Part shown: piece after piece, positions 40,448 to 50,515 of the stretch
Layout: each line of letters opens with the position of its first letter
How positions within the stretch are numbered: the first letter of the stretch is position 1
NCBI GenBank assembly: GCA_013152795.1
Contig: JAADFS010000028.1
Coordinates: 1 to 62,543 of the forward strand
Origin: Deferribacteres bacterium
GTDB taxonomy: Bacteria; Nitrospirota; Thermodesulfovibrionia; UBA6902
Reading direction: 5' to 3'
DNA: 62,543 nucleotides
Notes under the pieces: generated by a model
Databases searched by the model: none
What the model was told of the DNA's origin: nothing
Seen by the model: the letters and a program-made list of their open reading frames with translations, nothing else
Translations under genes and position numbers: made by a program

Positions 40448-41017
40448 ATGGCTACAGCAACCATCATAGATACAATACAGAATGTGAGAACGTTGGCATA
40501 TACGCACGACTCTGCCGTAGCAAAGGGAGATGTCATCGTCGTAAACGGCCAGGTCCTCATTGCAGTCAATGACGCAGACGCGAATGCCGAAAACGTATAT
40601 GCATACCAGGGCAAGGCGGAGTTTCCGAAAGAGGCGAACCTTGCTGTTTCCCCCGGGGAGATTTGCTACTGGGATGAATCCGCAGGAGTTATGACGAAAA
40701 CCCAGGGAGGCAATACCAGGGCCGGGACGTGCATAGAGGCATCCGCTGCATCTGATACCACTTTGCTGGTGCTCCTTGAGCCGAACAGGACGAAGATCCG
40801 CAAGGTAAGTGTCACTGTAGCTGCAGGGACGACAGCAGGATCAAGCGCTGCTGATACGGCACTTGTTGGAGCTGAGGTGATCGGAATATATCCGACCGGC
40901 AACCAGGACCAGCTTGTTGACAACGTGGCTGTGAATGCCGACGGAAGCATCACGGTCACTCTTGCTGCAGCGGCTACGGCAGACAATACGTTCAGCGTTG
41001 CCTGCCTGAGCGTGTAA
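40448..41017 (+). CDS. DUF2190-like head decoration-type protein
   Basis: AKGDVIVVNGQVLIAVND..YQGKAEFPKE..PGEICYWDESAG..GTCIEAS..LLVLL matches the DUF2190 pattern. Confidence 0.5.
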   Translation: MATATIIDTIQNVRTLAYTHDSAVAKGDVIVVNGQVLIAVNDADANAENVYAYQGKAEFPKEANLAVSPGEICYWDESAGVMTKTQGGNTRAGTCIEASAASDTTLLVLLEPNRTKIRKVSVTVAAGTTAGSSAADTALVGAEVIGIYPTGNQDQLVDNVAVNADGSITVTLAAAATADNTFSVACLSV

Positions 41018-41050
41018 CGATTCCAGAAACGACAAGGAGGTAGAAAGAAG

Positions 41051-42142
41051 ATGAATAGAGGATTACAGACATTCGGGATATGGGGGTTGATGGTCCTCGC
41101 CTCAATACTCGCCCTTGCAGTGCTCGGCACTCCTTCACAGGGGGCCGGGATGGCATCAGTGGCTTTCGCCTGGATGCCACTTGCAGGAGTAATCTACGGC
41201 AGGAAGATATTTGATTGGTCGAAGATCAACGACATCGAACATATCGACGACAAGAAGGAGATGATCGTAGATGCGGCAAATACGTTCATGCAGAAGATCA
41301 ATCAGCAGAAAGTTGCAGGGGCAAAGATATCAGGGGCTGACCCGAACCTGCAGGGGGCTATACCTGTCGTTCTTGTTATGTCCGATACGGTGAAAAACCC
41401 GGACCGGGGGTATGAACTCCTGTTCGATGAAGTGGACATGAGGGAAAGCACGAGTGACACCTTCGAGGTGCTGGATGTCTCCGGTGGTGTGACCTTCTAC
41501 CAGCAGAACCCGGGCGAAGAGGCAAAGATGTCCAAAATACCGTCGAGCGATAAGACAAACGTCGGGTTCCTGAGGTTCACCGGCGGCCTGAACATTCTCG
41601 ACGACTGGCTCCGCTTCAACAAATACTACCTGATTGACGAGCTCTTCGAGGATACGATCAGGCGTTGGTGGGGCAAGAAGGCAACGCTGTTCTACGGATT
41701 GCTCTCTAACCTTACCGGCATTGACGAGCCTTTCGATACCGACGATGTTCTCACGATCAACAACGCCTGTGCCAGCATCCTCACAGATCTTGAAAAGATA
41801 GGATTTGACGTGGATGAAAACGAACAGTTCGTTATCACCTGCAATCCGAGACTCAGGGGCAGGATCTTCAAGGCTATTGCTTCGAGCTTCGTGAACCCGA
41901 ATCAGAACAACAACCAGATCATCTACAACATCAGCGCTGTTGTCAGCTCGACGAAGGTTGCAAACACGAGCTACTATGTCTCTCTCCCCGGCAGAAAGAA
42001 CAAGCGCGGGGAATGGGAGGACTTCAATGCGCGTCCTGCACAGAGAGACGAGCGTATCCTCGGGGCCGCCCATGTCTGGACGGGGGCCTACAACGGCATA
42101 ATCGCACAAAAGAAACAGCACAGGAGATGCGCACTGAGCTAA
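41051..42142 (+). CDS. putative major capsid protein
   Basis: Call is by position after the decoration-like gene, size (363 aa) and a strong AAGGAGG SD. No sequence motif confirmed. N-terminus is unusually hydrophobic. Confidence 0.5.
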   Translation: MNRGLQTFGIWGLMVLASILALAVLGTPSQGAGMASVAFAWMPLAGVIYGRKIFDWSKINDIEHIDDKKEMIVDAANTFMQKINQQKVAGAKISGADPNLQGAIPVVLVMSDTVKNPDRGYELLFDEVDMRESTSDTFEVLDVSGGVTFYQQNPGEEAKMSKIPSSDKTNVGFLRFTGGLNILDDWLRFNKYYLIDELFEDTIRRWWGKKATLFYGLLSNLTGIDEPFDTDDVLTINNACASILTDLEKIGFDVDENEQFVITCNPRLRGRIFKAIASSFVNPNQNNNQIIYNISAVVSSTKVANTSYYVSLPGRKNKRGEWEDFNARPAQRDERILGAAHVWTGAYNGIIAQKKQHRRCALS

Positions 42143-42145
42143 GAG

Positions 42146-42583
42146 ATGGCACGGGTGACAGTTGAAAATATCAAGGACCTCGGTTTCACTTTTCAGATGT
42201 TCGGGCTGGACAACGAGTCCAGCCTCGAACTCTACATTCAAGACATCATTGACGATGCCGGTGCCATCCTCGAGGGTGTCATAGGTTCGACAACTTACAA
42301 TTCAGCCTCGAGTCCTACTGCCGGCTACGTCAAGCGGGCTGAAAAATGCCTTGTTGCCTCTGAGCTCCTACAGCGACGCATCAACAGGGTCCTGAACAAC
42401 GTAACAGCCTCGGATGACAAGATCAGCACAAGGAACGAAGAGCAGCAGATGCAGCGGTACCAAGACGAGGCGGAAAAGCTGATCAGTCTACTCACAGGGG
42501 ATACAGACTACAGCTTCGGCATTGTCAAGACATCGCATTTCGAGGAAACATCAGGGCCTGGAGGGCTTGAAGTCTCAGGTTAA
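42146..42583 (+). CDS. head-tail connector-like protein
   Basis: Call is by position only. 145 aa. Confidence 0.4.
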   Translation: MARVTVENIKDLGFTFQMFGLDNESSLELYIQDIIDDAGAILEGVIGSTTYNSASSPTAGYVKRAEKCLVASELLQRRINRVLNNVTASDDKISTRNEEQQMQRYQDEAEKLISLLTGDTDYSFGIVKTSHFEETSGPGGLEVSG

Positions 42584-42589
42584 GGGGAT

Positions 42590-43069
42590 ATGCTCAATCT
42601 CAATGTAACCATAGAGGGAGACAAGGTGATCATAGAAGGTCTCGATAAAATCGCGGACCATATGCCCGATGCAGTCCAGCGCGGCCTTTTGAGGGTTGTC
42701 AAAGGAATCCACCGCATGGCATACGAGTTCCTTTCCGGTCCCGGATTGGAAGCAAAGGGAGCGGCGTTAGCCGGCGGATACCCTGTCCCTGTCCGTACCG
42801 GGCATCTCAGGCGGATGCTCGACTGGCTGGGGCCCGGCGAGACAAAGACAGCAGGCGATCATACCTTCACGGCCGGTCCGATGGAGGCAATGGTATACAA
42901 CTCGGCAGAATATGCGATGGTCATCCATGAAGGACGTGGCTCCTCCGAGAAGTATGGGAGGAGGCCGTATCTCGAGGATGCCCTTGATGCATTCAACCAG
43001 GGCGACAGGATACGGAATACCATTGCGGAGGAGATAGACGAGGAGGTCAGGAGAAGTGGGCTTTCTTGA
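42590..43069 (+). CDS. HK97 gp10-family head-tail joining protein
   Basis: VPVRTGHLRRML and NSAEYAMVIHEG resemble the gp10-family tG.Lr.s / YA..vE.G motifs. Confidence 0.5.
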   Translation: MLNLNVTIEGDKVIIEGLDKIADHMPDAVQRGLLRVVKGIHRMAYEFLSGPGLEAKGAALAGGYPVPVRTGHLRRMLDWLGPGETKTAGDHTFTAGPMEAMVYNSAEYAMVIHEGRGSSEKYGRRPYLEDALDAFNQGDRIRNTIAEEIDEEVRRSGLS

Positions 43070-43490
43070 CAGGTTCAATGCAATTGCCGTGAGGATTGAG
43101 AACAATCGATCCCTTCAGCAGTTTTGCATGGATAATTTCGGGCAGGCATTGAAGGTTGAGAAGGTTTTCAGGTGGCGCAAGGAGATCCCGATTACTGATC
43201 TGCCGATCGCCCTGGTCACCCGGCCATATGTGAGGCGGTCGTTTGAGGGAATGGTACCGAAGAAGGAACAGGGCATCTCTGTGTATGCCGGGTTCCGGAT
43301 GGAAGATCAAGATAAGGCCGTGGCATTGTCGATCGAGTTTGAGGAGCTGCTTGAGGATGCGATATGCCGCAAGACATCACATCCGGATGACCGGCCGATG
43401 GGTATTATGCCGGCTGATTCGACAAACGATGAGGGCAAATTCCATCCGGTATATTTTCTTGTGATGGAAGTGCTCGTGAGAGACAGATAG
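43056..43490 (+). CDS. hypothetical structural protein
   Basis: GTG start overlaps the upstream gene. 144 aa. Confidence 0.4.
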   Translation: MGFLDRFNAIAVRIENNRSLQQFCMDNFGQALKVEKVFRWRKEIPITDLPIALVTRPYVRRSFEGMVPKKEQGISVYAGFRMEDQDKAVALSIEFEELLEDAICRKTSHPDDRPMGIMPADSTNDEGKFHPVYFLVMEVLVRDR

Positions 43491-43498
43491 GAGGATGA

Positions 43499-43774
43499 AT
43501 GGACGAACCGCGCATGATAACAGCTATCGCCGGTTTTTTTGGCGCCATTGTCGGAGCCATAGGCAGTTTCTTCGGCCTGAAGTATAGGGTGGACCGTATG
43601 GAGAAGGATTTCGATTCTCACAAGAAAATCGCAATTACAGCTCCATCATGTGACAAGTGCCTTGCAGGCACAACATCGAGATTGTCGACCCTGGAAAGAT
43701 TCATGGCCGACATCCATAAAAAGCAGGACCAGACGATAGCGAAACTGAACCAGATAATCGGAAAACTGCAATAA
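43499..43774 (+). CDS. single-pass membrane protein (holin/spanin candidate)
   Basis: TM helix ITAIAGFFGAIVGAIGSFFGL, then coiled coil. Immediately upstream of the endolysin gene. Confidence 0.45.
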   Translation: MDEPRMITAIAGFFGAIVGAIGSFFGLKYRVDRMEKDFDSHKKIAITAPSCDKCLAGTTSRLSTLERFMADIHKKQDQTIAKLNQIIGKLQ

Positions 43775-43788
43775 TCCCCGGGGGTGAA

Positions 43789-44274
43789 ATGGCACGTTTC
43801 GAAGAAGCCGTTACAAAGACACTGCAGTTTGAAGGTGGATACTCAAATAACCCTCTCGACCGCGGGGGGGAAACAAGGTTCGGCATATCGAAGAGGTGGC
43901 ATCCGGATGTCGACATCAAGAACCTGACAATAGAGAGGGCAAAAGAGATCTACCGGCGTGAGTACTGGGATAAACTCAACCTTGACTTAGTTGAAAACCA
44001 ACGCATTGCAGAGGAGATTTTCGATACAGCAGTCAACACAAGCCCGAGAAAGGCAGGCAGGTTCCTTCAAGAGGCATTGAATCTGCTTGAAGACTCCGGC
44101 CTGGTCGAGGACGGAATAATCGGCGAGAAGACGCTCGCTGCAGTAAACAATTATCCGTATCCGGATGCGCTCTTGAAAGCATTGAACGGGTTTCAGTTCA
44201 TGCATTACTTGCAGACAATTGAAAAAGATGAAAGTCAAAGGATATTCATCCGGGGATGGCTGAAGAGGGTATAG
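43789..44274 (+). CDS. endolysin, glycoside hydrolase family 108 (N-acetylmuramidase) type
   Basis: EGGYSNNPLDRGGETRFGIS is the GH108 signature. C-terminal peptidoglycan-binding-like region. Confidence 0.8.
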   Translation: MARFEEAVTKTLQFEGGYSNNPLDRGGETRFGISKRWHPDVDIKNLTIERAKEIYRREYWDKLNLDLVENQRIAEEIFDTAVNTSPRKAGRFLQEALNLLEDSGLVEDGIIGEKTLAAVNNYPYPDALLKALNGFQFMHYLQTIEKDESQRIFIRGWLKRV

Positions 44275-44509
44275 CAGTTATCTGGCCGTTGCTTCGTTAC
44301 ATGTTTGCTGATGCCTTTGTTGAGGGCAGGCGTGGAAGAAATCAAGTTGTCCTCAAGGCAGGGGTCAGCGCTCGTATCCCGAACTCATGGTGTGCTGTTT
44401 CTGGATGTCTTGTACGCAAGAACTTATTCAGTGACAAAGAATATCAGCTTGAAGCACGTGCGGAAGTATGCCAGACCATGTGCCACTGGAGACAGTGGCA
44501 GAAGGAGCA

Positions 44510-45172
44510 ATGCAGATGACCTGGAAAAAGATAGGCAATTTCCTGCTCGAGAACGGAGTCAAGAGGCTTGGCGGGTTCCTCCTGAATCCTGCCGGGGAAA
44601 CTGTCGACCTGATTGCGGACCTGATCGGCGGCAAGCTCGGGGAGGACGATCCAGAGAAGGTATATGAGATACTCAGGAAGGATAAGGATGCCTTGGTCAA
44701 GCTCAAGGAACTCGAGATGTCTCACGAGACCGAACTCGAACGCCTCGCCATACAGGACAGGGCAAACAGGCTTGCAGCCGATACAGCAAGACTGCAATCC
44801 GTCAACCAGACAATGCAGGCCGAGACACAAGCTAAGTGGAAATGGTCTGCATTCTGGAGGCCCCTGTGGGGAGTTCTGTCGGCGATTGCCTTCTTTGTGC
44901 AGATGGTGGGGATCATGATAATTCTCAGCATTCTGGTCTATAAGGTGCTTGCAGGGGAAGTAGATAACATTTCTCAGATTCTGACCGCTGTCTCAACAGT
45001 ATTGTCCGCCATATTTCCGATGTGGGGCATTGCCGGGGCGGTACTTGGGGTCACGGCCTGGCATCGCGGGAAAATGCAGAGGGCCATGGTCGAAGCCCCC
45101 GGCCGCGGTCTGACTGGCCCGGCCGGGAAGCTTGAGTCCATCATAAGAAAGACGATCGATAAGGGAAAGTAA
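44510..45172 (+). CDS. three-TM holin-like protein (GTA-type holin family)
   Basis: N-terminal soluble coiled coil, FWRPLWG motif, then three hydrophobic helices. GAAGGAG SD. ATG 44516 is an alternative start. Confidence 0.55.
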   Translation: MQMTWKKIGNFLLENGVKRLGGFLLNPAGETVDLIADLIGGKLGEDDPEKVYEILRKDKDALVKLKELEMSHETELERLAIQDRANRLAADTARLQSVNQTMQAETQAKWKWSAFWRPLWGVLSAIAFFVQMVGIMIILSILVYKVLAGEVDNISQILTAVSTVLSAIFPMWGIAGAVLGVTAWHRGKMQRAMVEAPGRGLTGPAGKLESIIRKTIDKGK

Positions 45173-45546
45173 TGCCAGAGAAGATAAGCTGGAGACAAAA
45201 GATCAATCCGATCTGGTGGTTCGGCAACATCGACGACCCGGAGCCACCGGACTGGTTTGAACCGACGCAGCTCAACTATGAAAGACGGCGGGGTTGGCGA
45301 TTCCGTAATCCATTCCATAATTTTTTCTGGTATGTACTGGGGATTGCGGATAAGGAATTCACCGCCCATGGAAAAGCCACGGAGAATGTATTTGTAGACG
45401 GATTGAACTATACCTTTCTGAAGACAAAGCACTTGCCGGTGTGCTTTCCGTTCATCTCATATCGCGGGCTGGGAATCAAGTTTTACGTAGGCTGGAGGCC
45501 TGACAGCGGGGCTTTCGGCCTGAAATTGACGATCGACAGGAGGTAA
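45172..45546 (+). CDS. hypothetical protein
   Basis: TAATG overlap. Trp-rich, 124 aa. Confidence 0.4.
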   Translation: MPEKISWRQKINPIWWFGNIDDPEPPDWFEPTQLNYERRRGWRFRNPFHNFFWYVLGIADKEFTAHGKATENVFVDGLNYTFLKTKHLPVCFPFISYRGLGIKFYVGWRPDSGAFGLKLTIDRR

Positions 45547-45547
45547 C

Positions 45548-46072
45548 ATGAGAAAGTTTATTCTTGTATGCATGATTGTGTTGTCATTCCTTTTGGTGAG
45601 CTGCGGCATGATAGGTTCATATTCAGTGGAGGTGGCCACAGAGTTGACCGCTGAGACAGATCTCGTGGGGATTCCGGGGGCAGAGACTTCAACGGAGTTT
45701 GTAGACGTTGTGGTCACCGAGAACACGATCCAGGACCTGACCGTGAAGAGCATAGCTTATGAAATCACGAGAAATGATGGCGGAAGTGGGGAGATAAACC
45801 TATCCATCACTGACGTTGGTGAGGAATGCGACATGGATATCCCGCTCGCTACGATTCGGATTGTTTCAGGAGAAACAACAGACGGTCCGGTCCCCCTGCC
45901 GGCAGGCTTCCTGATAGACAAGCTGAACGAACGGATCGATACTGGATACAGACTGTGCTTTGAGATTGTGCAGGACATTGCTTCCGACAATGTAACGGCT
46001 GGGGATATAAACCCTATCGACATACATATCAAATTGCCCGTGTATGTCAGTGCGAGTCTTGAGGCAGCATAG
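45548..46072 (+). CDS. lipoprotein (outer spanin candidate or surface moron)
   Basis: MRKFILVCMIVLSFLLVSC lipobox. AGGAGG SD. Confidence 0.55.
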   Translation: MRKFILVCMIVLSFLLVSCGMIGSYSVEVATELTAETDLVGIPGAETSTEFVDVVVTENTIQDLTVKSIAYEITRNDGGSGEINLSITDVGEECDMDIPLATIRIVSGETTDGPVPLPAGFLIDKLNERIDTGYRLCFEIVQDIASDNVTAGDINPIDIHIKLPVYVSASLEAA

Positions 46073-46085
46073 AAAGGTCAAAACG

Positions 46086-46523
46086 ATGGCAATCACAGGC
46101 ACTGAGAGGACAAGACGGCCGGAGAGAGGCGGAGTGGATATAGTCGTCGAGTTTTCAGGAGACGTGAAGACCACGAAGACATTCCACTTCGCGGCCCCAA
46201 ACCCCTCCAAGGCGGAAATAGACGCCCGCATCCAGAAGGCCGCGGCAAGGATGCAGTACAGGCTCAATCCCCTCAATGAGCTTGAGGTCGAGGGAGCTGA
46301 TGTGAGACTGCTCTTGCAGGGCATAGTGAAATATATCAGGAGCAAGCCGGATGTGACGTTTCAGCAGCTCATCGTGACGATTAACGCGAAGCATCCTGAG
46401 CTGAACTGGAAGCCTGAAAAACTCCTGCAGCACATCATCCGCCGTGCCGGGAAGAATATGACCTTCCAGGAGTTCAAGACGATCTGCATCGGCAGGAAAT
46501 TCTACGGGGTGGACGATGGCTGA
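46086..46523 (+). CDS. hypothetical protein
   Basis: ORF 46044..46523 trimmed to ATG 46086. Confidence 0.35.
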   Translation: MAITGTERTRRPERGGVDIVVEFSGDVKTTKTFHFAAPNPSKAEIDARIQKAAARMQYRLNPLNELEVEGADVRLLLQGIVKYIRSKPDVTFQQLIVTINAKHPELNWKPEKLLQHIIRRAGKNMTFQEFKTICIGRKFYGVDDG

Positions 46524-48501
46524 CTATTTTGTCGACAGCACAAGAGGCGACGATACGAACGGCACGGGAGCCTGGAAAGCGGCTTTGACGGGTACCATCA
46601 CCATGACGAACGGCTCCACCGCGGTCTCCGCGGTAGGCGGGGCCTTCACCTCCGAGCTCTGGGCCGGGGCGTGGATATGCCTCGATGCGGACGAGACTTC
46701 GGACGTCTGGGCGCAGGTGAGCAGCATCACAGACGATAACAATCTCGTGCTTGTCAGCAATTACACTGGCGCAGGCGGCTCGGGTCCGGCGAGCAAGCTT
46801 GCGAACTGGAAGACTGTTGAGCATGCAGATGAGGCCGGCGGCTTGGCCGCAGGCGATATTGTGTGGCTGCGCAGAGGGGGTAGCGAATACCCCGTAAGTG
46901 ACATTGCTCCTACAGGAGATGGCACAGGAGCATCTCCAATTCAGAGAATCGGGTGGCCGAGGGCTGCTAAAACCCTCACGGGGAACTGGGTCAACGGGTA
47001 TCCCTGCGTGTGGGGCCTGTCGATAGTTGCGAACAGGAGCGAGCACCAGACGCGCCGAATCAGGCTCGACGCGGACGGGAAGTGGTACATGATCACCCAC
47101 ATCGGGCAGGAGCTGGCCTATGACGGCCAGTCGGCGGATTTCGTCGTCGGTGAGACCGTCACCGGAAGCGCAAGCGGTGCCACCGGTGTGATCGTGTATG
47201 ACGACGATCAGGGGACCTCCGGGACCCTGATTCTCCAGAACGTCCAAGGGACGTTCGTGGACAACGAAACAATCACCAGCACGAGCGGCTCCGCAACAGC
47301 AAACATCCCCTCCGGCACGGTGGGATGCTTTATTATTGATCGGAAGTTTTCCGGCACGAGTACTTCTGCCGGGGCTTCGACCATGCAGGAAGATGATGAT
47401 TATTCCACGCGCCCCGATATAGGCTCATTGCGCACCATCTGGGACGCAGATGGGGATGCTCCGTATGTGATTGACTTTGCAGGCGGTGCGTACAACATAT
47501 ATTTCAATGCTGACAATTACAATATCTTGAAGAATCTTGAGTTCAAGGATACTGCAGACGGTGCTGGGCACGTAATGTTTGCATATTCGGCAGCAGGTGC
47601 AATCATAGGGTGTCTGTTCAAGACCACCTATTCTGCACGCTGCATAGGACAAACTACTGACTATCTGTATCTTGAAAGGGTCACAGCAGAGAACGATGGG
47701 GTTACGGCATATTACACTCGCGATGGGATAGGCGTGGGTGCCAAAGGGGTACTATATGCGAAGGATGTGGCTGTGTACAATTGCGGCGGATATGGACTTG
47801 ATGTCAACGGGGGCACAGCTATCCTCGAAAACGTGAACATTGGCGTTGAAGGCGCCAACCAGGATGCAGACATAGCAATATATTACTCCGGGCAGGTCTT
47901 CGGAAGAGATGTGCAACTGGGAGGAACGAATGGGTATGTTGAAGATGCTTCTTACGTTTCGCCCAGAAAGCTTGTATCGATAGAAAACTTCCAAAAGGAG
48001 CTCGGCAGGCAGAAACAATGGTTCCGCGGCGGAGAGATCCACAATGTCGATGTGGGCGACACCAATGCCCCCTCCGTCGCCGATCCTACCGGCAAGACCA
48101 CCGATTTGATGGAAATCCTCCCCAACGTCAGCGGATTCGATTTCATCGAGGAGTGGGCCGTCGATATCTTCACGGGGGAAGAAGACGGGGTCAACGGGGC
48201 GAGGACGTACACCTTATACATCCAGAACAACACCGGGAATACCCTCAACGCCTCAACGGCGAAAGACGATCTATGGCTGGTGGCGGAGTACGTGTCGCAA
48301 TACTCTGCGAATGACGCATACACAGTCGAGCGCGTCTTTTCTGCGGAGACTCTCATCGCACAGCGTGCGGACGCAACCGATTGGGATTCGTTGTCAGTGA
48401 CTATCAATGCGGCTGTTGCATCGAAGGTCCGCCTCAAACTCTACATCTCGACATATTCCGCTACCGGCGGAATATACGTAGGTGGATTGGCGGTGTCCTG
48501 A
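46516..48501 (+). CDS. beta-helix-like (pectate-lyase fold) structural protein, tailspike/depolymerase candidate
   Basis: N-terminal ADYFVDSTRGDDTNGTG pattern typical of right-handed beta-helix proteins. Gly/Thr/Asn-rich repeats. Confidence 0.45.
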   Translation: MADYFVDSTRGDDTNGTGAWKAALTGTITMTNGSTAVSAVGGAFTSELWAGAWICLDADETSDVWAQVSSITDDNNLVLVSNYTGAGGSGPASKLANWKTVEHADEAGGLAAGDIVWLRRGGSEYPVSDIAPTGDGTGASPIQRIGWPRAAKTLTGNWVNGYPCVWGLSIVANRSEHQTRRIRLDADGKWYMITHIGQELAYDGQSADFVVGETVTGSASGATGVIVYDDDQGTSGTLILQNVQGTFVDNETITSTSGSATANIPSGTVGCFIIDRKFSGTSTSAGASTMQEDDDYSTRPDIGSLRTIWDADGDAPYVIDFAGGAYNIYFNADNYNILKNLEFKDTADGAGHVMFAYSAAGAIIGCLFKTTYSARCIGQTTDYLYLERVTAENDGVTAYYTRDGIGVGAKGVLYAKDVAVYNCGGYGLDVNGGTAILENVNIGVEGANQDADIAIYYSGQVFGRDVQLGGTNGYVEDASYVSPRKLVSIENFQKELGRQKQWFRGGEIHNVDVGDTNAPSVADPTGKTTDLMEILPNVSGFDFIEEWAVDIFTGEEDGVNGARTYTLYIQNNTGNTLNASTAKDDLWLVAEYVSQYSANDAYTVERVFSAETLIAQRADATDWDSLSVTINAAVASKVRLKLYISTYSATGGIYVGGLAVS

Positions 48502-48656
48502 TGGCGATTCAGACTGGCTGGAGTTACGGTGAGTACAAGGTGAAAATAATCAGTGCAGCTCCGGAAGAGTCGTGGTCGTATGGAGAATATGGGTTTTTCT
48601 GGGAAGAAGCGGCCACAACAGGACCGACAATAACACAGTCAATAGTGGGGAGATGA
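48501..48656 (+). CDS. small protein ending in GPTITQSIVGR
   Basis: TGATG overlap. 51 aa. Internal duplication WSYGEY..WSYGEY. Confidence 0.35.
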   Translation: MAIQTGWSYGEYKVKIISAAPEESWSYGEYGFFWEEAATTGPTITQSIVGR

Positions 48657-48866
48657 ATGGGCAGACTGGTGATGAAATGTAAATGTGGTGAGCTTGTAGA
48701 CCTGGGATACAATGTGCAGGCAATCCCAAGACTGGCAGTTTGCGCCAAGTGCGCGAAGCTCAAGAATGCAAAGATCAGGAGGGATGTGATCCGACGTGGA
48801 GGGGTGAAAGGCAACCTTTCCTTGAGAAACGGGATCAATATCATATTTGGAGGTCACAATGGATAG
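48657..48866 (+). CDS. small zinc-ribbon-like protein
   Basis: CKCGE..CAKCAK. 69 aa. Confidence 0.35.
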   Translation: MGRLVMKCKCGELVDLGYNVQAIPRLAVCAKCAKLKNAKIRRDVIRRGGVKGNLSLRNGINIIFGGHNG

Positions 48867-49128
48867 ATGGAAAACTCTCAATGAAGTTCCGAAAGTTTTC
48901 AGAATTCTTGACGGTGGAAGGCTTTCGGTCGAGCAGTGCAACCTGATATACAAGGATCTCGCATCGAAATATATCAGAACCAGGGCGGATGGAAGGAGGG
49001 ATTTCGACTATTCAAAGGCGAGGGAAGAGTTCAAGAGGAGATACGAGAAAAAGAAGCTGGGAAACACATTCGTGTGGATCACAAAGGGTGGGAACGGCAG
49101 TACGTCATCTGTTGAGGGAGGTGAATAA
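48859..49128 (+). CDS. hypothetical protein
   Basis: ATG 48859 preceded by GGAGG. Confidence 0.4.
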   Translation: MDRWKTLNEVPKVFRILDGGRLSVEQCNLIYKDLASKYIRTRADGRRDFDYSKAREEFKRRYEKKKLGNTFVWITKGGNGSTSSVEGGE

Positions 49129-50018
49129 TGGGACTCTTGCTGCTTAATGGTGCTGGTACGGATTCAACCGATCCGATCCTGAAAGGACTCGGGTTTGATT
49201 TCATCATATCCCCGGAAAGCATGGATGTAGCCGACGTCAATGATGTCGGTATCGATAATGCTACCGGATTCCCGATCACAAACTCGGTTTTGACATCGCT
49301 GCACCCGGCTGAAACGGTCATTGAAAAGGGGACCGCAGGATCCTATGATGATACGTTGAAGCAACTGGCAATAGGAAGCACAACCGGGTTGGCTGCAGGA
49401 GATTTCATATATCTCTCACATGCAGCCATTACAGACGGGATATACGAGATTGCCTCGGTTGTTGATGCCACGAATGTCACGCTTGTCTCCGACCCTTTTT
49501 CAGGCGGTGGAAACCAGACTGCGATCTCATACCAGGTTGCATGGGCATATGCCGGGGTAGCCGGAACGGCACCGTCTGTTCTTGACGGCGTGTCGTATTA
49601 CAAATCCGATCTTGACGATGGCCTCACGTCTACGCAGACAGAGGACACGAACTATATCGCAAGTCCACCTGCAGGGGCGAGTTATATCGCTATCGACGGA
49701 AAGAGCTATACGGGACAGACTACGAACGACCCGAGTCCGACCCTGGTAATTCTGAGTGGCTGGACAAACAAGGGTGGCGTTACACACGTTGAGCTGTCCG
49801 GAACCGATGCTTTCTGGGATGCCGGTCTGACCGACCAGGCAGAGAAGGACATTGCGACCGCAGAGGCCGGAGGCCTATACCTGAGTTCCGGAGATGGACT
49901 CAAATCGTTCAATATCATTTTAAAATCAGCATCCGGAGGGGTTCAGGTAAGTGTTGCATGTGATATAACACTTGATACATCAGGACCCACCATTACGCAT
50001 TCGGTGGTCGGAAGGTAA
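49128..50018 (+). CDS. hypothetical structural protein ending in GPTITHSVVGR
   Basis: GGAGGTG SD. 296 aa, Gly/Thr/Ser/Asp-rich. Confidence 0.45.
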   Translation: MGLLLLNGAGTDSTDPILKGLGFDFIISPESMDVADVNDVGIDNATGFPITNSVLTSLHPAETVIEKGTAGSYDDTLKQLAIGSTTGLAAGDFIYLSHAAITDGIYEIASVVDATNVTLVSDPFSGGGNQTAISYQVAWAYAGVAGTAPSVLDGVSYYKSDLDDGLTSTQTEDTNYIASPPAGASYIAIDGKSYTGQTTNDPSPTLVILSGWTNKGGVTHVELSGTDAFWDAGLTDQAEKDIATAEAGGLYLSSGDGLKSFNIILKSASGGVQVSVACDITLDTSGPTITHSVVGR

Positions 50019-50515
50019 TGGCTACAGAGGCGATAAAAAAGACATACCTTGACCTTGTGATAGACTCTGACGAGGAGTTGGGAATACTCGACTCCTCGTA
50101 CATAGAGGATTATTATGGCATCGACGGCCAATTGACATTGCACCATCAGGATACAGCGCAGGAATTCGATATAGTGATGGCTCCGGTCGATGGGGGAGGC
50201 CCCTATCCGAATGATCACTTCGAAGGCACAAGGGATGCAACGGTGATGCCCCTTGGTATATATGAGGTCAGAGGCAGGGTCAGGGATACTGTCGGGAACT
50301 ATACAATCCTGACCGCATTCCAGAACCCGAACGGAAACGAGCGGGTCCTTGAGTTGTTATTTTCGCTGGTAGAGAGCCTCGGAGTGGTCTACGCGAAAAT
50401 CAGTGGGTTGAAATCCTATGTAGACGTGCTGATAAAAGCAAAACAATACTTGAGAAACCCCGAGGTAAGCATGAGTTCATATTTTGACATTACAGCAATT
50501 TCAAGAGGGCTGTAG
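50018..50515 (+). CDS. hypothetical structural protein
   Basis: TAATG overlap. 165 aa. Confidence 0.4.
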   Translation: MATEAIKKTYLDLVIDSDEELGILDSSYIEDYYGIDGQLTLHHQDTAQEFDIVMAPVDGGGPYPNDHFEGTRDATVMPLGIYEVRGRVRDTVGNYTILTAFQNPNGNERVLELLFSLVESLGVVYAKISGLKSYVDVLIKAKQYLRNPEVSMSSYFDITAISRGL

